Shown here: positions 56,940 to 64,000 of the stretch, piece after piece
Numbering within the stretch: position 1 is the first letter of the stretch
How the letters are laid out: each line of letters opens with the position of its first letter
Assembly (NCBI GenBank): GCA_050613775.1
Contig: JBODTK010000125.1
Location: 1 to 64,000 of the forward strand
Direction of reading: 5' to 3'
Length of the DNA: 64,000 nt
DNA from: Neocallimastix sp. 'constans'
Taxonomy: Eukaryota
The notes under the pieces: model-generated
What the model saw: the letters and a program-made list of their open reading frames with translations, nothing else
What the model was told of the DNA's origin: nothing
Databases searched by the model: none
Position numbers and translations under genes: made by a program

Positions 56940-58571
56940 TATTTTTAATAATATTTTTTTATATTTAAATTTGTATATATTTATATGTATTAAAATATTA
57001 AAGTATAAATTCAAAAGCTCTTTTTTTTTTTATTTTTTACTAACTATAACCAAAAGTAATTCTTTTTTTATTATTTCATATAATCAAAAAAAATTTTTTT
57101 TATTTATTTATATTAAATTTAGAATGAAATGAAAATGAGTAAATGAAAAAACAAAAATAAAAGATTTAAACATATTAACAATTGAAAAAAGAAAAAATAT
57201 AAATAATAAATTTAATTTAATAATATAATATAAAAATATTATATATTTATAATCTTTTTTTTTTTATTTTCTTTTGAATAAAAATTAAAACTAAATTTAT
57301 TTTTAAAATATTTTTTTAAAAAAAAAAAAAACACTGATTATAAAAAATTTATTTCAAAAATTTTTGAAGTATTTATATTATTTTTTTCTTTGTATTATAA
57401 CTTTATCAAAATATAATTAAAACTTTATTTTTTACTATTGGTAAAGTTATTTAATTAATTTTAATGGTTTATGAAGAAATTAAACTTTTAATTTAATTAA
57501 TGTTTTTTTAATTTGATCAAGTAATTAAAAAAAAAAATAGATACAAATTCGATTCAGTCAAAAAAAAAAAAAATAAATAAATAAATAAAAAAAAAAAAAA
57601 TAAAATAAAATAATAATAATAATAATAATAATAACTGAAAATAGAAAAAAATAAATATATAAAAGAAAAGAAAACAGAAAATATGAATAAAAATAATAAA
57701 AAATTAAAAATAAAAATAATAAAAAACTATAAATAATAAAAAAATAAAGAAATTCTAAAAATTATTTAATATTATATAATGTTATATATATATAGTTTAT
57801 TAATTTCTCTATTTTTATAAACTGATTAATTTTGAATAAATAAATAAATAAATAAATAAATAAATTCCAACTTCACAACATTTTATTGAATTATAACCGA
57901 TTTTTATCATAATATATTGTAAATTATATTAAATTAAGAGTATTAATTATGATTCAAGATTTATTATTTTATTATATCCTAAAAATATAAATTTTTATTA
58001 AAAATAAGCTTAGCCAAATTTTTCAAAATTTTAGCTAAATTTTAAATTACTGAATCACTAATTTAATAATCTTTTTTTTTTAAAAAAAAAAATTTTTTTG
58101 ATTAATGGAATAGCTTAAAAAAAAATTATATTTTATTATTATATTATATTGTATTATATTGAATTAATATTAGTTAAAATTAAAATAATTAAATAATACA
58201 TTAATATATTTATATTTACTATTTTTAAAGAATTTATAATATAATTATCAATTATCAAAAAAAAAAAAAAATAAAAAAATAATATAAATAATTTAAAATT
58301 TTTGGTTTATGTTATTTTCAAAAGTATTCATATGATTCATAATATTATAAAATAAATATTATAAAAATAAATATGAAAATTTGAAAAAAAAAAAAAAAAA
58401 AACTTTTTAGTTTTTTTAATTTATTGATAAATAAGTGGGGGTGGATTAGCTTATAAATTTCGTTATGAAAAGCTAAAGAATTTCAAATAAAGATTATTAG
58501 GTAAACCACAAAGTTTAAATATAATCTTAATTCTTAAAGGTTAGAAAAAAAATTTTTTTTTAAATTTTTAT

Positions 58572-59592
58572 GGGAGAGTTGCATTTCCCCAGATTGCATT
58601 TCGCCAAGTGGCGTATTATTAAAATGTTGCATTTCCCCAAGTTGCATTTCCCCAAGTTGCATTTCGACAAATGGCTTATTGATATAAGTAAATGAATGAA
58701 TAAATAAATAAAAATTCAAAATAATTTTTTTAAATAAATAAAAATTCAAAATAATTTTTTTAAATAAATAAAAATTCAAAATAATTTTTTTAAACTTGTT
58801 TTTATTATATTTTATAATTAATTATAGATATTTTTTAAAATAAAATAATTATTAATAATATTTAATTATAAAAATAAATTTAATTATAAAGATATATTTT
58901 AATATTTTGTAAAAAAATAATATTATAGCAATACTTTAATTATAAAAATATATTTTTAAAATAATAATATTTTATCATAAAAATATATTTTAATGTTTTT
59001 AAGCTAACCTAATCTAATAAAGATTAAAAATACTTTAATAATTATTGTATTTATTTATTTATTCTCTTTTTAAAATAATTTTTACTATTAAAAAAATTAT
59101 TATTATATATTTTAATATTTCGTAAAATAGTAATAAAATAATAATTTATAATATTTAATTATAAAGATATATTTTAATATTTTGTAAAATAGTAATAAAA
59201 TAATTATTTAAAATATTTAATTATAAAAATAAATTTAATTATAAAGATATATTTTAATATTTTGTAAAAAAATAATATTATAGCAATACTTTAATTATAA
59301 AAATATATTTTTAAAATAATAATATTTTATTATAAAAATATATTTTAATGTTTTTAAGCTAACCTAATCTAATAAAGATTAAAAATACTTTAATAATTAT
59401 TGTATTTATTCATTTATTCTCTTTTTAAAATAATTTTTACTATTAAAAAATGAAAAAAATTTTTTTAATATTTAAATATTTACTTCATAATTATAAATAC
59501 ATCAATATTAAAAATATTTAATTTTATTTATTTATTTATTTATTTAATAATTTTCAATTTGGCGAATTGCAACTTGGCGAAATGCCACACCC
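58572..59592. mobile_element. Non-autonomous DNA transposon (MITE-like) with repeat-built terminal inverted repeats
   Basis: Left end GGGAGAGTTGCATTTCCCCAGATTGCATTTCGCCAAGT; right end reverse complement GGGTGTGGCATTTCGCCAAGTTGCAATTCGCCAAAT; 8-bp direct repeat ATTTTTAT at 58564-58571 and 59593-59600; internal ~235-bp duplication (58861-59095 / 59216-59450); no transposase ORF. Confidence 0.8.
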
Positions 59593-59848
59593 ATTTTTAT
59601 CACATAAAATCTTTAACCTTTAAAAAAGTTTATTTAATATAAAAAACGTAATAAAACTAATGATTATTATTGTTTAATGTATACGTAACACAAAAACTTT
59701 TTTTAAGAAAATTTTTATAAAGAAACTTTTTTTTATTTTTATTCTATTAGAATATAAATTTTTATTTAATAATTATTCCTAATATTATTATAATTGATGA
59801 TTTTTAAGTAAAAAGAATATATTCTAATATTAGACTATTATATAAAAA

Positions 59849-60028
59849 CAGAAAGAAAATTCCAATTTCATTAAAAAAAAATATATATATATTTTCAAAT
59901 TTTCATGCTATTCAAAAATTTTATACAAACTTTCGAAGTACATTGGTTTTATTCATTTTATTACTTAGAAAAATTGGTATCAGACTTTAAATTAAATTAA
60001 CTAGATCCTATTGAAACTAACTTCACTT
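59849..60028 (+). repeat. Dispersed direct repeat, copy 2 (~180 bp)
   Basis: Colinear with 53398-53573, with scattered substitutions and indels. Confidence 0.9.
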
Positions 60029-60449
60029 CAATATTTAGCTAATATCGCCGACAGTGGATCCAAAAGACATATTGACAATATAATTAAGATTTTTTATGTC
60101 TGTTGGAGTTCAAATGTTTTCGCCTAAATTATTAAAAATTCTTATTTAACAGGTCTTTTGTCAAAAGAATTGTTTACCCATTCTAAGTTTTTCAGATTCG
60201 GTACTATTAATTTAAAACTTAATTTTTAGAGTTAATAAAGATTTTTATTTCTTTATTAATTATAAGTCAAAAATAAAAGACATTTAAATTTTTAAATATC
60301 AGATAAATATATTAAAGTATTAATATTATATATATATATAATATATAAATATTTATATTAAAATTATTAAAATAAAAAATTTATTTATTGACTGATTGTT
60401 GGCTATTTCATATATTTAGAGATATTCTGAAATTATTATTAATATTAAA

Positions 60450-61250
60450 AAAAAAAAAAGTATTTATATTTTTATTATTTTATTGTATATATTTTTAATT
60501 TTAATTTTAATTTTATTCTTATTTTTAATATTTAAAATATATCGTATAACAATATATTAATAATTATTACTTTTAAGAAAATAAAATAGAGAATATTATT
60601 AATTAATTAATTAATTAATTAATAAATATTTATATATATATATATTTTTTTTTATATCTTTTTATGATTATATGGTTAAATTTTTTTTTTTTTTTTTATA
60701 TTTTTATTGTAATTATTTTTATTTGTATTTTTAATTTTTTGTAATTCTTTTTATTTGTATTTTTAATTTTATTGTAATTCTTTTTATTTGTATTTTTAAT
60801 TTTATTGTAATTATTTTTATTTGTATTTTTAATTTTTATTTTAATTTTATTTTCAATATTTAAAATAGAAAATAAAAGAGAAAATATTATTAATTAATTA
60901 ATTAATTAATAAATAATTTGTATATATATATATATATATATATTTTATATCTTTTATATGAAATATATTATAGTATTCCATTTTCTATATGGTTATATGG
61001 TTAAAAAAAAATATTTTTTTTTATATTTTTATTTCTATAAATATTTTTATTTTTAGTTGTATTTTTAATTTTAATTTTTATTTTATTTTTAGTATTAAAA
61101 AATTTTCATATACAATATATTAATAATTATTACTTTTTAAGAAGATAAGTAATATTATTAATAAATAAATATATATACTTTTTATACCTTTTATGAAATT
61201 TCTATATGGTAAAAAAAAAAAAGTATTTATATTTTTATTGTATATTCTAT
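60450..61250. repeat. Degenerate ~300-bp tandem triplication with internal ~32-bp tandem units
   Basis: Recurrent AATATTATTAATTAA...TATATCTTTT...TATATGGT(T)AAA blocks near 60590, 60885 and 61150; ATTGTAATT(C/A)TTTTTATTTGTATTTTTAATTTT repeated across 60705-60840. Confidence 0.6.
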
Positions 61251-61468
61251 GAGTTTTATTTACAATATAATTTATTTTAATATTATTGTTATTATTTTTG
61301 TAAATGAAAATTTAAAAAAGGTAAACAAAAAATTCTATAACTTATGTTAAAAATATTATTTTTGATATTATTATTATTATCTATTATTTTTTATTATCTA
61401 TTATTATCTATTATTATTATTTAATTTTGTAATGAAATAAAGCAAATTATATATTCCATTATTCATAT

Positions 61469-62161
61469 TCATATATAAGCTACTGGTTTTCGTAGAGAGA
61501 ATGCATTACAAACTGAAATCATAAATAAATAATCTACCCTAGGAGCAACTTCTATAGTATATTCATTTCTTTTACTAGTGATTTTACAAATTTTTGTTTC
61601 ATTCTCTCCTTCTTCATTACAAAAGATTTCAAAATATTTGTAATTGCTAACTTTTATTATTAATTCTTCCTGTGTACCAGTATTTTGGTTTAAAAAATTT
61701 ACATTATAAATTTTTGTACTATCAAATATACCTGATTTACTTTTAAGTGTAGCTATAATATGTCCTTTTTTTTTTTTACCCTTTAAAATGTATATCGATT
61801 TATAATAATTTGATGGATCTACAAAGGATGTCATAAGAGCATTTTTATGTTTATTATATAACACTATGGTATAATTATTTTTAATTTTGCAATTGAAGAC
61901 TTCATTGTTTTCATTATCATAAATTAGTAGTGTATGTGATGTATATTTACTGAAACCTTGTCTTAAACTAAAGTGAGTATGTCTTGTAGTTAGATATTCT
62001 GGACCGAAGACAATAATGTCATTTTCTGGAAGACCTATTTCACTATCATATTTTTTATATTTAGAATTTGTTTCATCATAAGGTGCAATTGTATAATATT
62101 GGTCAGGATTAAGTGGTACTTCATCATAAGAAGGTAATTTAACAACATTTTTTTTAACCAT
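61469..62161 (-). CDS. LURP-one-related / tubby C-terminal-like domain protein, intronless
   Basis: 230-aa ORF with an LPSY N-terminal motif, a beta-rich body, and terminal EYTIEVAPRVDYLFMISVCNAF, typical of the LOR/tubby/scramblase final strand plus hydrophobic helix. Confidence 0.7.
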   Translation of the reverse strand: MVKKNVVKLPSYDEVPLNPDQYYTIAPYDETNSKYKKYDSEIGLPENDIIVFGPEYLTTRHTHFSLRQGFSKYTSHTLLIYDNENNEVFNCKIKNNYTIVLYNKHKNALMTSFVDPSNYYKSIYILKGKKKKGHIIATLKSKSGIFDSTKIYNVNFLNQNTGTQEELIIKVSNYKYFEIFCNEEGENETKICKITSKRNEYTIEVAPRVDYLFMISVCNAFSLRKPVAYI

Positions 62162-62653
62162 ATTTTTTTTCTATTATAAATAAATATAAATTATTATATA
62201 TATCATTAACTAAATAAGCTGTTTTTATTTCATAGTTTCAATTAATAATATCAAATTTATATTCATATATGTTTTAAAAACAAAACAAAAAAAAAAAAAT
62301 AAACAAATTTTTTATCATATATTTTATCTTTTTTAATATATATAAATTAAAATATTACAAATACAAAATAATTTTATAATTATTTATTATAATTAATAAA
62401 GTTTTATTAATATTATTTTATTTTATTTTATTTTATTTTTTTTTTTTTTTGGAATTCATATTTTCTTTAATTATTATATTATTAGTTATTTATTTTTGGT
62501 TGGATATAAAAAAATTTGTAAAAAATTTTTTTTTCTATTTTCTTTTTTTAGTATTTTTCTATTATAGATATATGAAAGAGTAGTAACTTTTTATAAATTT
62601 ACATTTTAGTTTTAATATTTTTTATTATTTTAAATACTTTTTATTTTTATTTC

Positions 62654-62686
<33 letters not shown>

Positions 62687-62965
62687 TTTTTTTTTTCATT
62701 AAATACTTTTTATTTTTTTCATCATCTTTTTTTAATTTTATTTTATTCTATATGCTTTATTATTTTGATTTCAGATTTTTTTTTTAATTGTTATATATTT
62801 ATTTATTATTTTTTATTGTTATGTATTTATTATTATTATTTTTTTTTAATTGTTATATATTTATTTATTAATTATTATTATTATTATTATTTTGTTTTGT
62901 TTTGTTTTTATTTTTTATTTCTAATTTTTAATTATTAATACTCTTATTATCCATCATAACAACTC

Positions 62966-62996
<31 letters not shown>

Positions 62997-63485
62997 TTAT
63001 TAATTATTTAAGAAATAAATAATTAATAAAGTTTTTTTTTTTTTTTTTAATTAAGAAGTATAATATATATAAATATATAAATGAAAATGAAAAATGAAAA
63101 ATGTTTATTAACATATGGGATGCATTTAATCTGTTAATTAATACTTAATAATCTGTTAATAATTACTGAAATGAAAGTTTTATTGATATAGAAGAAAAAA
63201 CTTTTAATTAAATATATATGTATATAAATTTCATTGGGATAATTTCATTTTATTATTATTATTATTATTATTTTTTTTTATTTTTTTTTTTTTTTATTAT
63301 TAAATATATTTTAATACATATATATATTTTTAATTATATTAAATAATAATAATAATAGGTGTTTTTTCAATTATTTTTATTTTACATTCCTTTTTTTTTT
63401 TTTTTTTTAACAAACTATTTATAAAAATATTATTAGTTAAAAATATATTTATTTATTGACTCTAAAAAAGAAGCAAAAAAAAAAA

Positions 63486-63517
<32 letters not shown>

Positions 63518-63786
63518 TTCATTATTATTATTGTACTTGGAATTATCAAAGTATACATTTTAATAATAATAATAATAATAATAATGATAATAATAATGAT
63601 AATAATAATGATAATAATTATATAAATAATAAAAATAAATGAAAATTGTATAAAAATAATATAATAATTTAAAACAAAATAAAATTTATTAGAAATAAAG
63701 TTATAATATAACGAAAGATAACGAAAACTTTAATTAATAAGAGTAGTTATGATATTTCAATAATTTTATAAATAGAAATAAACATT

Positions 63787-63860
63787 CCTTCTATATTCGT
63801 ATAATTTGATAATAATAATTCAACCTTCTATATTCGTATAATTTGATAATAATAATTCAA
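63787..63860. repeat. Perfect 37-bp tandem duplication
   Basis: CCTTCTATATTCGTATAATTTGATAATAATAATTCAA x2. Confidence 0.9.
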
Positions 63861-64000
63861 CAACATAAAAAAAAAAATTATTCATTTATAACACAATAAC
63901 AATAAGCATTTAAAGAAATATAAATCATTTATTTAATTTTATATGTAAAAAGATAAAACATTTTTTATTTTTTTATTTTTTTTATTTATTATTTAAAATA

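Noticed and set aside
58534..58779. ORF with MQLGE repeats
   Set aside because: Translation of the MITE's 15-bp terminal repeat units.

Overview
Extremely AT-rich eukaryotic genomic DNA with short GT-AG introns, long homopolymer/microsatellite runs and Asn-rich proteins. Composition and gene content resemble an anaerobic gut fungus (Neocallimastigomycota); this is an inference. Gene order: UTP14 (-, runs off the window), a CLASP/Stu1-like gene (-) head-to-head with SPC25 (+), a tandem cluster of five divergent 6TM Kv-type cation-channel genes (18.9-41.4 kb), intronless ZPR1, an intronless bacterial-type ICMT-family methyltransferase, a YbaK/ProX-like deacylase with an 8-nt micro-exon, an intronless 817-aa vWA protein resembling baculovirus p94 between ~180-bp direct repeats, and a LURP-one/tubby-C-like gene. 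Mobile DNA: two ~410-430 bp poly(A)-tailed SINE-like insertions with target-site duplications (one with a clear tRNA-like head) and a ~1 kb MITE with an 8-bp TSD. The main candidate novel system is the channel cluster. Its pore exons are missing from the ORF track; read by hand they give TTLGFGD, STIGYGD and three HCN-like CIGYGD filters. The S4 sensors are progressively de-charged and all five proteins share a terminal Cys-containing helix, which suggests a heteromeric, possibly Na+-permeable channel. Exon boundaries were read manually and may be off by a few bases.
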